Notes under the pieces: generated by a model
The model's database searches: none
Seen by the model: only the letters and a program-made list of their open reading frames with translations
Told to the model about the DNA's origin: nothing
Made by a program: the position numbers and the translations under genes
DNA from: Candidatus Latescibacterota bacterium
GTDB lineage: Bacteria > Latescibacterota > UBA2968 > GCA-2709665
Assembly (NCBI GenBank): GCA_965248435.1
Contig: OZ252100.1
Coordinates: 4,352,001 to 4,416,000 of the forward strand
Length of the DNA stretch: 64,000 nucleotides
Reading direction: 5' to 3'
Shown here: in pieces, positions 54,118-63,526 of the stretch
How the letters are laid out: each line of letters begins with the position of its first letter
Position numbering within the stretch: position 1 is the first letter of the stretch

Positions 54118-55328
54118 CGAGAGGGGGAGGCGAAATCAGGGCTTTGAAGGAAGGACATCACTTCGCGGGCAACGATCCGTTCTTCGTCAGTCTTGATGAT
54201 CAAAATCTCTACAGGACTTCCAGGGACTGAAACGGAGCAATCTGCCTTTTCGGTCCTGTTCCTGTCGGTTTCCAGGCGAATGTTCAGACCTTGCAGGCCC
54301 GTACAGATCTGCTCCCGAATGCTGGCGCCTCGTTCTCCGGTGCCCCCCGTGAAGACGAGTGCATCGAATCCTCCGAGTACGGCCGCCATCGCCCCGATCT
54401 CCTTTTTGACACCATAGCAGAAGGCCTCGATCGCGAGGCGGGCACGGTCGTTTCCTTCTTCCCGGGCCTGTTCCAGGTCTGGCACATCCCCACTGATCCC
54501 GGAGATTCCCAGCAGGCCGCTCTGTTCACAGAGTATCTTCACGGCTTCTTCAGTGGAAAGCCCTTCCTGGTCCATCACATATAGGAGGACAAATGGATCG
54601 AGGGAGCCGTTTCGCGTGGCGTTGATAATGCCGTCCTGGGGCGAAAATCCCATCGAGGTATCGACGGACTTTCCATTTCTTATGGCACAGACCGAAGCGC
54701 TGCCCCCCAGGTGGCACGAGACAATCCTCAGCTCTTCTCCGGACCTGCCGAGGAGTTCCGCGGTGCGTTCCGAGACGTATCGGTGGGAGGCGCCGTGGAA
54801 TCCGTACTTTCGGATCCCGTGGGATTCGTACCAGCTGTAGGGCACGCCGTAGATGAAGGCGTAGTCTGGAATTGTGGTATGGAACGCCGCTTCGAAGAGT
54901 CCTATGAGGGGAAGATCCGGGTAGAGGTTTCGGAAGATGCGGATGGCCTCGATGTAGGGCGGATTGTGTGCCGGCGCCAGGAGGTTGTAATCTGCCATCC
55001 GCCGAAGGACCCCATCCGTTAGGCGATAGGTACCCGGTTTGCCACGAAGATGGACGGTTTTGAACCCGACCGCATCGAGTTCTGAAACGTCCTTCAGCAC
55101 GGCGTCTTTAGATGTCACAAGTTGATCCAGTGTGTTGCGGATCGCACTCGGGTAATCTGCTATGCGTGCTCGGGTCCGGATTTCCGATCCGGCGGTCCGG
55201 TGTTCTATCGGCGATTCGGGATCTCCGATTCGTTCAACACGGCCCTCTGCCAGGATCGTTTCTTCCGGCATGGCGAAGAGCCGATACTTGAAGGAAGTGC
55301 TACCGACGTTGGCAACCAGGACTTTCAC
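54114..55328 (-). CDS. ackA: Acetate/propionate kinase (start GTG 55328)
   Basis: NVGSTSFKY, APAHNP, YGFHGASH, CHLGG, FTGGTGE, TDEE. Confidence 0.95.
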   Translation of the reverse strand: MKVLVANVGSTSFKYRLFAMPEETILAEGRVERIGDPESPIEHRTAGSEIRTRARIADYPSAIRNTLDQLVTSKDAVLKDVSELDAVGFKTVHLRGKPGTYRLTDGVLRRMADYNLLAPAHNPPYIEAIRIFRNLYPDLPLIGLFEAAFHTTIPDYAFIYGVPYSWYESHGIRKYGFHGASHRYVSERTAELLGRSGEELRIVSCHLGGSASVCAIRNGKSVDTSMGFSPQDGIINATRNGSLDPFVLLYVMDQEGLSTEEAVKILCEQSGLLGISGISGDVPDLEQAREEGNDRARLAIEAFCYGVKKEIGAMAAVLGGFDALVFTGGTGERGASIREQICTGLQGLNIRLETDRNRTEKADCSVSVPGSPVEILIIKTDEERIVAREVMSFLQSPDFASPSR

Positions 55329-55353
55329 GGTGATGAGGTGTCCCTGGGGCACG

Positions 55354-55382
55354 CAAAAGGGGAGGTCGAACCTCCCCTTTTG
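55354..55382. terminator. Hairpin between aldolase and ackA
   Basis: caaaaggggagg-tcgaa-cctccccttttg perfect inverted repeat. Confidence 0.75.
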
Positions 55383-55414
55383 AATTATTAATGTGGATTT
55401 TCGTCTTCGGCAGT

Positions 55415-56269
55415 TCAGCCCTGCCTCTGCAATTCGTCCATCACCTTCCGCGTGATCTCAGATACGAGGTCCTGCTCGGCCGAATCTTCGTTCGTCCCAG
55501 TGGAAGCGGAATGGGTCGTCGAACTGCCCGCACTTCGGGTGCGAAGCGTCGGGATTTGATTACCGCCGTTTCCAGGAACGGCGGATGTGGGTGGACGCGG
55601 GATCTCACAGGCGGGGTCCGGACCGCGGATGCCCAGACGATCACGGATCTTCAGCAACTTGCCCACCTGCTCCCGGTCAAGAACGTTTACCCCGCCCAAT
55701 TGACGCGCGATAAAGAGGATTTTTGCGAACTGCTCCATCGTTTCCATCTTAAAGTAAGCGTTCATCACATCGGTGCCTATAGTGGTCGCTCCGTGATTTT
55801 CGAGGAGGTAGGCATCGTAGTCTTTGACATACTGTCTGATCGGCTCTGAAATTTCTGGGCCTCCCGGAGTACCGTAACTTGCGGTCGGTATGGAGCCGAG
55901 GGAAATGATCACCTCTGGGAGAACGCAGTCGGTCAGTGGGACGCCGGCGATGGAGAAGGCCGTAGCTGTTGGTGGGTGGGCGTGGACGACGGCCGTGATT
56001 TCGGGCCGCTCTCGATAGAGAAAATAGTGCATGCCGATTTCGGAAGAGGGACGGAGTCTGCCGCTGATTTGATTCCCATCAGTATCCAGAATGCAGAGAT
56101 CATCCGGGCTGAGCGTACCCTTACAGAGGCCTGTTGGGGTCGCAACAATACGGTCTTCAGAGATTCGAGCAGAGATGTTCCCATCGCTGGAAACGATATA
56201 GCCATTGTCATAAAGCCTTCGCCCGGCCTCCACGATTTCCTGTTTGGCTTGATGCAGAGTCATCGTCAT
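55415..56269 (-). CDS. Class II aldolase (FucA-like) with a C-terminal encapsulation peptide
   Basis: GNISAR, SSEIGMH, HAHPP, ENHG; P/S/T linker then DLVSEITRKVMDEL. Confidence 0.92.
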   Translation of the reverse strand: MTMTLHQAKQEIVEAGRRLYDNGYIVSSDGNISARISEDRIVATPTGLCKGTLSPDDLCILDTDGNQISGRLRPSSEIGMHYFLYRERPEITAVVHAHPPTATAFSIAGVPLTDCVLPEVIISLGSIPTASYGTPGGPEISEPIRQYVKDYDAYLLENHGATTIGTDVMNAYFKMETMEQFAKILFIARQLGGVNVLDREQVGKLLKIRDRLGIRGPDPACEIPRPPTSAVPGNGGNQIPTLRTRSAGSSTTHSASTGTNEDSAEQDLVSEITRKVMDELQRQG

Positions 56270-56553
56270 GTCTTTTCTCTTTCTTGGTCTATCTCAACTT
56301 TGTCTACGATGCCGACGATCACAGATCGAATCGGAGGCAACTCTACATCAAGGACCTGTGCAGCCGCCGCCCCCAGCCGAAGCACCAGAACAGTTTCACC
56401 TGGCCCGGCACCCACGGAATCCACCGCCAGCGTGGAAGGACCAGACTCGAGTTCGTTTGGAGAAAGGGGCTGGACCACCATCAATTTTGTGCTGTTGTAG
56501 GCCGGATGCTTGATCGTAGAAACGACGCTGCCAAGAACGCGAGCCAGGAACAC
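56266..56553 (-). CDS. BMC vertex pentamer (EutN/CcmL)
   Basis: MFLARVLGSVVSTIKH, AVDSVGAG.GE, IVGIVD. Confidence 0.94.
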   Translation of the reverse strand: MFLARVLGSVVSTIKHPAYNSTKLMVVQPLSPNELESGPSTLAVDSVGAGPGETVLVLRLGAAAAQVLDVELPPIRSVIVGIVDKVEIDQEREKT

Positions 56554-56613
56554 GGATTACTTAGACGTGAAATTTATTGTGAAACAGTATGACAAATGCG
56601 CCTCTACTGTAGT

Positions 56614-56877
56614 CTAGACGTCGATCCGGTCTGCGATTCCGACAATCGTCGCATCTACGGGCCCGTATTTCTCAGGCAACGCGTTCGGGGCTTCGCGGGC
56701 GCTGACCCAATAGACCGATTCACCCTCTCCGGCACTGACGACATCGGCGGCCACCAGGGGTTCTCCAAATTCCTTCCGCTCGTGATCGAAGGGCTGAACA
56801 ATCCTGAGACTTATCCCGGTTATAGAGGGATCTTTCCGAGTCGCGACCACCTTACCCATGACGCGACCGAGATACAT
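56614..56877 (-). CDS. BMC vertex pentamer (EutN/CcmL), start 56877
   Basis: MYLGRVMGKVVATRKD, VDATIVGIAD; TGATG overlap with the aldehyde dehydrogenase stop. Confidence 0.94.
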   Translation of the reverse strand: MYLGRVMGKVVATRKDPSITGISLRIVQPFDHERKEFGEPLVAADVVSAGEGESVYWVSAREAPNALPEKYGPVDATIVGIADRIDV

Positions 56878-58331
56878 CAGATGATCCTGAAGTAGTCGAC
56901 GAGAGTGCAGCGACGTTGTCGGGTAAAGGTGCGGGCGGATGTCACACCTTCGCCTGTGGGTGTCGCGATAGAAAAAGACGTATACCCCTCTCCTCCTGCG
57001 CCCAATCCCGCCGGCGAGGGCCCGTTCTTGATGAAGAGCGTGCAACGGCATTTTCGTGCCATGACCGTCATGTTCTCCACGTTCTTGGAGTGCATGACGG
57101 CCGTGTGTTGATATCCGTGTTCGGCTTCTATGGCGAGGTCGATCGCCTGGGTAACATCGGAAGTACGGACGATGGGCATAACGGGCATCATCTGTTCGTA
57201 CTGTACAAAGGGATGATCTGCCTCCACCTCACCGATCAAGAGTTCCGTGTCCGGTGGCACCTCTAACCCGATATGTCCTGCGAGGACGTGAGCGTTCCTT
57301 CCGACGAACTCCCGATTCCGTGTCCATTCACCCTTTTCGTCGCGGGGGAAGGCCGCTGATGCGAGCGCATCGATCTGGCTGCGCTCGAGCTCCACGCACC
57401 GGTTGACGAGGAGTTGCCGTTTCAGTTCTTCTGCCACTGAACGGACGACGAAGATTTCCTTCTCCCCGGTGCAGAGAATATTGTTGTCAAATCCACCTCC
57501 AGTGATGATGTCCTTCGCTGCCTTTGAAAAGTCAGCTGTTTCGTCTACCACCACGGGAGGGTTTCCGGGCCCAGCAACGATTGCGCGCTTGGGGGACTGA
57601 AGTGCTGCGCGCGCCACCCCTGCTCCACCCGTAACCAGGATGATGTCTATCTTGGGGTGGACGAACAGCGCCTGGCCGGTCTGGATGGTAGGCTCCCTGA
57701 CTGCAGTCAAAAGGTTGGGCGGACCGCCCGCTTCGACGATCGCCCGGTTGAAGATTTGGATACCGACTGCGGAGACGTTCTTTGCTCCGGGATGGGCGTT
57801 GAAGACGACGCTGTTTCCAGCAGATATGAGGCTGATGGCGTTGTTTACGATAGTCGGGACGGGATGTGTGGAGGGTGTGATGGCGGCAGCGACTCCAAAG
57901 GGCGCCATCTCCACAATAGTCAGCCCGTGGTCTCCTGACCAGGCCACGGATTCAAGGTCTTCGACACCGGGCGTAAGTTTCGTTACGATCTCGAATTTTT
58001 GGATCTTGTGCGGCACCCGCCCCATGCCGGTCTCTTCGACCGTGTTTTGAGCGATGCCCTTTGCGTGGGCCATGCCCGCTTCCCGGATGGCCGCGATAAT
58101 TCCCCGTCGGTCATCCAGAGTCATCTCTTCAAGGGCTTGTTGAGCCCGGCTTGCGGCGTCGACCGCGTCTTCGATAGATTCGAAAATGCCATCTCCGGGT
58201 GCTGACCCCCCCGGGGAAAGGGTTACACTCAGAGATGGAACGGTGTTTTCGATCGCGAAACTCTGCACGACCTCTTGCACGACGGAACGAATCTGGGATT
58301 CTTCCAGGTTCACGACTTCACCATCTCCCAT
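56877..58331 (-). CDS. CoA-acylating aldehyde dehydrogenase (PduP/EutE-like) with an N-terminal encapsulation peptide
   Basis: ESQIRSVVQEVV, ETGMG, PSTHP, AGPGNPP, DNNILCTGEKE, PTGEGVTSARTF. Confidence 0.95.
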   Translation of the reverse strand: MGDGEVVNLEESQIRSVVQEVVQSFAIENTVPSLSVTLSPGGSAPGDGIFESIEDAVDAASRAQQALEEMTLDDRRGIIAAIREAGMAHAKGIAQNTVEETGMGRVPHKIQKFEIVTKLTPGVEDLESVAWSGDHGLTIVEMAPFGVAAAITPSTHPVPTIVNNAISLISAGNSVVFNAHPGAKNVSAVGIQIFNRAIVEAGGPPNLLTAVREPTIQTGQALFVHPKIDIILVTGGAGVARAALQSPKRAIVAGPGNPPVVVDETADFSKAAKDIITGGGFDNNILCTGEKEIFVVRSVAEELKRQLLVNRCVELERSQIDALASAAFPRDEKGEWTRNREFVGRNAHVLAGHIGLEVPPDTELLIGEVEADHPFVQYEQMMPVMPIVRTSDVTQAIDLAIEAEHGYQHTAVMHSKNVENMTVMARKCRCTLFIKNGPSPAGLGAGGEGYTSFSIATPTGEGVTSARTFTRQRRCTLVDYFRII

Positions 58332-58368
58332 TCATTCGTAACTCGCAGGCGTGGGCAAGTGAAGATGC

Positions 58369-58665
58369 TCAGCTGCCTTTCCTGTAAATCTCTTTTCCTT
58401 CGACTTCGAAGAAGTCGACGATGGCCACGATGACGCCATCAACAGGCCGGTTCTCCGTTGCGCCTGTCATGCGCGCAGAGCTACCACTTGTGCAGAGAAC
58501 GTATTCCCCGCTCCCCGCACCCACTGCGTCTACGGCGACCAGAAAGTCGTCCCGCGGCTCGCCCGTAGGCAGATGGATGCTTTGAACGATCTGAATCTTG
58601 AATCCATCCAGACCGCTGTCTTTTTGAGTAGCGACGATGGTCCCTACGACTTTTCCGATGGTCAT
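58369..58665 (-). CDS. BMC vertex pentamer (EutN/CcmL)
   Basis: GKVVGTIVATQKD, VAVDAVGAG.GE, GSSAR, PVD..IVAIVD. Confidence 0.95.
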   Translation of the reverse strand: MTIGKVVGTIVATQKDSGLDGFKIQIVQSIHLPTGEPRDDFLVAVDAVGAGSGEYVLCTSGSSARMTGATENRPVDGVIVAIVDFFEVEGKEIYRKGS

Positions 58666-58681
58666 CGGTCTGGCCTACGGG

Positions 58682-58963
58682 TCAGGACACTTTCCCGATG
58701 GGGAGGACATCCTCGAGGCTTCCGTGGGGGCTTGGGATAACGTGGACCGATACCAACTCCCCGATTTTACCCGCCGCTGCAGCGCCTGCATCAGTGGCCG
58801 CTTTTACGGCGGCCACGTCACCCCGGACGATAGCCGTAACGTATCCGGCACCAATTTTTTCCCAGTTTACAAAGCTGACGTTGGCGGCTTTGACCATCGC
58901 GTCTGAGGCTTCTATCATAGCCACCAAACCCTTGGTCTCAATCATGCCGAGGGCCTCATTCAT
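58682..58963 (-). CDS. BMC hexamer shell protein (PduA/EutM-like)
   Basis: [40 protein letters not shown]; SD AAGGAGGAG. Confidence 0.97.
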   Translation of the reverse strand: MNEALGMIETKGLVAMIEASDAMVKAANVSFVNWEKIGAGYVTAIVRGDVAAVKAATDAGAAAAGKIGELVSVHVIPSPHGSLEDVLPIGKVS

Positions 58964-59037
58964 CTCCAGTCTCCTCCTTAGGTTGTTCAGCCACTGCCCG
59001 CGAAAAGGACCCGGGATTCTGATTGTGACTGTTGTAA

Positions 59038-59754
59038 CTAGGTTTCGATGTGTACGATGTCACCGCAGACGAGATCTGCGGCGTTTGCGTCGTCGGTATC
59101 GAGGTGAATTTCAGGAATAAAGCTGTCGTCGATTTTGAGTCGCGCATTCTCGAAGGTCAGTCCTTTCTCTCCTCCGACGCGAACACGAACAGAAGAACGC
59201 CCTCGAAGGCCCAAGCGTTCGACATCACTGGGGCTGAGGTGAATGTGGCGTGCAGCCCGAATGGCAGCATTCGTCGTCATTGCCCCCTTCGGGCCGATGA
59301 TCGTGGCTTTTTTCGCGTCTTGAATGTCGCCTGAGTCCCTGACGGGGAGGTCAAGACCGAGGAAGATGGCGTCCGTACGCGAAAGCTCTACCTGGTTATA
59401 GTTTCTCAACGGACCGAGAATACGGATGCGCTCGATCGCCCGCATGCGGGGACCGACAACGGATACAACCTCGCCCGCCGCGAAGGCGCCGGGTTGATAC
59501 AGATCTCGAAAATGGGTGAGTTCAGATCCAGGACCGAAGAGGAGGTCCATGGCCTCCCGACTAAGGTGACAGTGCCTGGCGGAAACGCCTACTGGAACGC
59601 CACGCGCAACGGACCCATTCTGCCGGACCCGGCGTACCACCTCTCGGACAATCCTGTCGATGGGGAGGGAGCCGTTGCCCGGAACCGGACGCTGGCCGAG
59701 TGCACAAAGGCCGCAGTCTGCGCACTCGGATGAGGGTTTGAATGACTCGGTCAT
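59038..59754 (-). CDS. pduL: Phosphate propanoyltransferase (PduL) with N-terminal CxxCxxC and encapsulation peptide
   Basis: [39 protein letters not shown]. Confidence 0.95.
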   Translation of the reverse strand: MTESFKPSSECADCGLCALGQRPVPGNGSLPIDRIVREVVRRVRQNGSVARGVPVGVSARHCHLSREAMDLLFGPGSELTHFRDLYQPGAFAAGEVVSVVGPRMRAIERIRILGPLRNYNQVELSRTDAIFLGLDLPVRDSGDIQDAKKATIIGPKGAMTTNAAIRAARHIHLSPSDVERLGLRGRSSVRVRVGGEKGLTFENARLKIDDSFIPEIHLDTDDANAADLVCGDIVHIET

Positions 59755-59802
59755 AGTGCGCCCTGCATCTGGACAAGCAGGTGATTTGCCTTATGAACGG
59801 CC

Positions 59803-59831
59803 AAAATATCCGGTTGTAAAGGCAAAGTCAA
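59803..59831 (-). promoter_or_regulatory. Putative sigma70 promoter of the BMC operon
   Basis: Minus strand TTGACT-17-TATTTT. Confidence 0.55.
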
Positions 59832-59871
59832 GGGATTTCCCCTCTCTGTCGGGGGCGTCTTCCGTGCAGGG

Positions 59872-59961
59872 CTATTCAGCCCAATCGAAGTAGTATACCC
59901 AGAAAAGAATCGCCAGGACAATCACGACCAGCAATCTGATCACTCTTTCGAATGGGGACAT
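59872..59961 (-). CDS. 29-aa single-TM microprotein (MSPFERVIRLLVVIVLAILFWVYYFDWAE)
   Basis: SD AGAGGA about 7 nt before ATG; one clean hydrophobic helix; begins 22 nt after the upstream stop. Confidence 0.65.
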   Translation of the reverse strand: MSPFERVIRLLVVIVLAILFWVYYFDWAE

Positions 59962-59983
59962 TTCAACTTCCTCTGTAGGGATT

Positions 59984-61672
59984 TCAGCCCGAATCGTTCC
60001 CGTTACTCAGAACGGTGCAGTCCTCGATGATGTCGCCCTCCCTGGATTCGAGTCCAGACGCTGCGTCGCGGATGAGGCAGTTCCTGAAGATCATTGTGCC
60101 TCCAGCGTTGCGTACACCGTACCAATCGTCCGACTCCGGCAGGTCCTTCCGAGCGGATCGGAACACAATTTGTGACCCACCCTCAGCATCCGCAGTGAGG
60201 ACACCAGAGGTGACGATGATTTCGGTCCGTTCCGGGTCTTTACCCAACGCATAGAGGTCTGCTTTGGGCCTGAAACAGACCTCGGTTCCTGGAGAAATCG
60301 TGAGGGTGGCACCCTTTTCGATCTCCACGTCTCCCAGCAGGGTGACCTTCCCGCTCCAGGTAACATCTTCCGATATGATACCGCCAGGCAACGAATACCC
60401 CGTGGCGACCAGAAAGTTGCCGACGAATTCCGCTTCCCAACGGTTTCTGATCTTGTCCGATCGGTCCCAACGCCACATAAAGCCCTCTTCCCACAAACGC
60501 GCAGGGTAGGGGCCCAGATCTGCCCAGGGGATGTCGGTCGATGGGGGTTCCCCATAGCCATCCTGAGAGTAATCTACTGTAACCGATGCACCATCCAGCT
60601 CGATGCTGCCCACATAGTGGCTCTGGTAATACGTGATTGAGGCCTCTCGGCCATTTTCTTCGGTTGAAACCCACGACACGTAACGTATCAGTTCCTTGAA
60701 CGTCTCCCAACTCAGGTGATAACTGTTCCTGACGGACTCCCATTCAGGTGGCTCGGTTCCGTAGGCCATCACCTGCCAAACCACATCTCTTCCGTTGCAG
60801 ACTTGCTTTGTAGCCTGTATCCGCTCCTTGAGTTGGGATTTGTATCCCGGGATATCGTCGGCGGATATGTCCAAAGGAGATCCGATGTTGCAGACGTCAG
60901 CTGCGTGCGGACCCGTCGTTAGCAGTTCCCAATCGCAGCTGGAACTGATACGCTCACCATAGGCGGGTGTATGATGCGTGCTGAAGACCCACAGGTCGGC
61001 ATCGGGATAGCTCTGCATCAAGATTCTCTTGTATTCTCGAACGAGGTCTGCAAAAGCGGCGGACACAACGATGGGGTTCCCTTTGTCCGCGTGTAGGTGA
61101 TGGGGCACCTCCAGGTTATAGAAGAATGCAGAAACAGGAATATTGTGGACCGTCTTCAATGAATCTACCCAGGATTCGAATGCGGCCATGGCGCCTCCCT
61201 CAGGATAGGCGGCGATGACATCACCGGCCCAAACCGAACCGGGTGCCGCGTAGGGAGGTGAAAGGCCGATCATCAATTGGAGATTCAGGGTATCGGTGAC
61301 GGCTCTCATCTTGTCGGGTGGCATAAAACTCGACAGTCGGATCATGTCGAACCCGGAAAGCTGGTGCCCGGTGTTGTTTCGAAGCCACTGGTTGCCCTTC
61401 ATGAACACGCGCCTTGGACTTGTCACACGATTCGCGGACGCCTCGAAGAACTGAGCAAAGATGATAAGATCGAAGAAGTCTATCCGTCCGTCTCCATTCA
61501 GGTCATGTCGGGATTCTTCAGTCCCGAAAGACTCTACGAACTCTACGAAGTCCAACAAACCGACCTCGCCGCTATGATCGAAATCCGCATCGACTGCCGT
61601 CTGAGCACTGGATTGTCCAGGCGCAAGAGCGCCTAGAAAGATGATGAAGAAAAGGAATCGGCCCCAAACCAT
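59984..61672 (-). CDS. Secreted protein: dockerin/EF-hand pair, unknown central domain, beta-helix-like C-terminus (start 61672)
   Basis: Signal peptide ending SSA; DFDHSGEVGLLDF and DLNGDGRIDFFDL; TWSGKV..GDVEIEKGATLTISPGT...DWYG. Confidence 0.8.
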   Translation of the reverse strand: MVWGRFLFFIIFLGALAPGQSSAQTAVDADFDHSGEVGLLDFVEFVESFGTEESRHDLNGDGRIDFFDLIIFAQFFEASANRVTSPRRVFMKGNQWLRNNTGHQLSGFDMIRLSSFMPPDKMRAVTDTLNLQLMIGLSPPYAAPGSVWAGDVIAAYPEGGAMAAFESWVDSLKTVHNIPVSAFFYNLEVPHHLHADKGNPIVVSAAFADLVREYKRILMQSYPDADLWVFSTHHTPAYGERISSSCDWELLTTGPHAADVCNIGSPLDISADDIPGYKSQLKERIQATKQVCNGRDVVWQVMAYGTEPPEWESVRNSYHLSWETFKELIRYVSWVSTEENGREASITYYQSHYVGSIELDGASVTVDYSQDGYGEPPSTDIPWADLGPYPARLWEEGFMWRWDRSDKIRNRWEAEFVGNFLVATGYSLPGGIISEDVTWSGKVTLLGDVEIEKGATLTISPGTEVCFRPKADLYALGKDPERTEIIVTSGVLTADAEGGSQIVFRSARKDLPESDDWYGVRNAGGTMIFRNCLIRDAASGLESREGDIIEDCTVLSNGNDSG

Positions 61673-61909
61673 ACCTTTATTCCCCAAGGAGGTTTCCCGT
61701 TCGAAACGAGGCAAAGATGCTCGAATTCCTCTCAAAGTCAATAGAATTCACCCGCAGAGAAGGTTTGCTGAATCCTCTGGCAAACATCAATCCACGGACC
61801 GCCCGAAACCTTCGCGCGTTCCCATATGCGCTGGACTTTCCGTGGAGCCGGAGGTATATTAATTTTCATATATCGACAGGACAAGCCGCCTTTTCCCTCA
61901 GAGGGAGGT

Positions 61910-62548
61910 ATGAACCAACAGCAGTATAAGATGATGAAGGTCTTGCAGAAGGTTACGATCTTCAAGGGATTCGATGTTTCAGAAGCGGAACATCTTCTTC
62001 AAAGGTGCTTTCTCCAGACCTACGAGGTAGGGCAAGAGATCTACAGGGCTGACGAGGCGAGCGAGGAGATGTTGATTTTGCTGAACGGTCAGTTGGCTGT
62101 CACGAGCAAGGCTGGGAAAGGTTTAGGAGAGGTAGTGGCCGGTACATCGACAGGTGAAATGGGTTTTTTTACTGGAGAACCGAGGTCGGCGAATGTGACG
62201 GCGACCGCGCAGTCAACAGGGCTGGTTCTACGAAAAAGTGTACTCCAGGCCCTGCTACAGGAGGATAATAAAATCCACGTGAAAGTGTTGAGAAACGTAC
62301 TTGTCCTCCTGAGCAAGCGGCTGGCCGATGCAAGTATGCAGATTGAGGACTACTCGAAGCAGATTCAGGAGATGGAGTACGAGATGGAGTCGCTTAGACG
62401 ACAGAGTGTTGAGCCTGCGGAGGTTTCCGAGGATTCCATTGAACCGTCTGATGGCACGGACGAAGGTGCCGAAACCAGCGAAGAATCCAACGAGGGTTCT
62501 GAAGCGCTCGAGGGCACTTCGGAGGAGGCGGAAGAGACTGCTGCCTGA
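61910..62548 (+). CDS. Cyclic nucleotide-binding domain protein with coiled coil and acidic tail
   Basis: SD GGAGGT; GEMGFF.GEPRSANVTA; no HTH; E/D/S-rich C-terminus. Confidence 0.88.
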   Translation: MNQQQYKMMKVLQKVTIFKGFDVSEAEHLLQRCFLQTYEVGQEIYRADEASEEMLILLNGQLAVTSKAGKGLGEVVAGTSTGEMGFFTGEPRSANVTATAQSTGLVLRKSVLQALLQEDNKIHVKVLRNVLVLLSKRLADASMQIEDYSKQIQEMEYEMESLRRQSVEPAEVSEDSIEPSDGTDEGAETSEESNEGSEALEGTSEEAEETAA

Positions 62549-62594
62549 TCGGCCACCCCCATTAAAGAACTGGCCGGGGCTTATATCATTAGTC

Positions 62595-62633
62595 AAAGAA
62601 GGCGCAGGCCGATTCGTGGTCTGCGCCTTCTTT
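62595..62633. terminator. Bidirectional terminator
   Basis: aaagaaggcgcaggcc...ggtctgcgccttcttt between convergent genes. Confidence 0.85.
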
Positions 62634-62666
62634 ACGTTTCCGACCGAATAGGGCTGGACTTCGAAA

Positions 62667-63029
62667 TCAGGAGTTTGAATTCAGCGCATCCGTGACCGCG
62701 TCGAGGAGTTCCTTAATGTGGAAGGGCTTCTCGATCGCCCGCAGGGCGCCCAATTCGAGTGCCATGGAGAGCCTCGCGGGATCGAACCCCGTCATTGCGA
62801 TGATCCTGGCTTCTGGAAACTCTGCCCGGAGGTCGCGGATGGTCTCCAATCCGTTTTTCTTTGGCATCATCAAATCGGTGATGACCAGGTCGCTCTGATT
62901 CTCCCGGAACAGATGCAGACCAGCATCGCCGTCTGAGGCTTTGGCGACTTCGTGGCCGAGTTCCTCTAGCGCCTTCTTGAGCAGTGTTCGTATCTGCTCT
63001 TCGTCATCGATCACCAGGATACGCGCCAC
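62667..63029 (-). CDS. Single-domain response regulator (CheY-like)
   Basis: ILVIDDE, ITDLMMP, AMTG, EKPF. Confidence 0.95.
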   Translation of the reverse strand: MARILVIDDEEQIRTLLKKALEELGHEVAKASDGDAGLHLFRENQSDLVITDLMMPKKNGLETIRDLRAEFPEARIIAMTGFDPARLSMALELGALRAIEKPFHIKELLDAVTDALNSNS

Positions 63030-63169
63030 TTCCGCCTCCGTCGTGACAACTAACGACGTCCAATTGCTTGAAACTTGAACCTTTTGGGCTTTGGATCAGC
63101 AACGGGAATATTACCTGAGACTGCTCTGTTGTCAAGCGAACCGGGCAGGGGACACCAAGCCATCTCGGG

Positions 63170-63526
63170 TCAGGATCGCCCCCATAGCCTCCACCGGCTC
63201 CGCCTTGATGACCCCTCTTCTGAGACCGGGGTGACGACCGAAAGCCGATTCAGCACCTGGTCCAGAGCTCCTTTTAGCAAAACCGAGGATTTCTCCTTGT
63301 CTGTTTCGACGACCCGAAGGCTCAGACGAACCGTCTGCTCCACATCCGATGGGAAGACGTGGTTTACAATCCCCGCATCGTCCTCCAGGCCCTCTCCCGC
63401 CATCCTGAGCTTATAGGCCTCGATCGCGGCCTGCTTGAAGGGCTCCACAGCCCGGATTTCGATGCAGTCTTTGATTCCCTGTTCCAGCAATGCTGTAATC
63501 TTCACGGTCATTTCATCCTGGTTCAC
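63170..63526 (-). CDS. Hypothetical protein
   Basis: SD AGGAGG before GTG; 118 aa. Confidence 0.7.
   Translation of the reverse strand: MNQDEMTVKITALLEQGIKDCIEIRAVEPFKQAAIEAYKLRMAGEGLEDDAGIVNHVFPSDVEQTVRLSLRVVETDKEKSSVLLKGALDQVLNRLSVVTPVSEEGSSRRSRWRLWGRS

Noticed and set aside
56577-56595. Rex operator inside the BMC operon (ttgtgaaacagtatgacaa)
   Set aside because: 19 bp with an imperfect right half versus the 18-bp TTGTGAA-N4-TTCACAA consensus; may be some operator but is unsupported.
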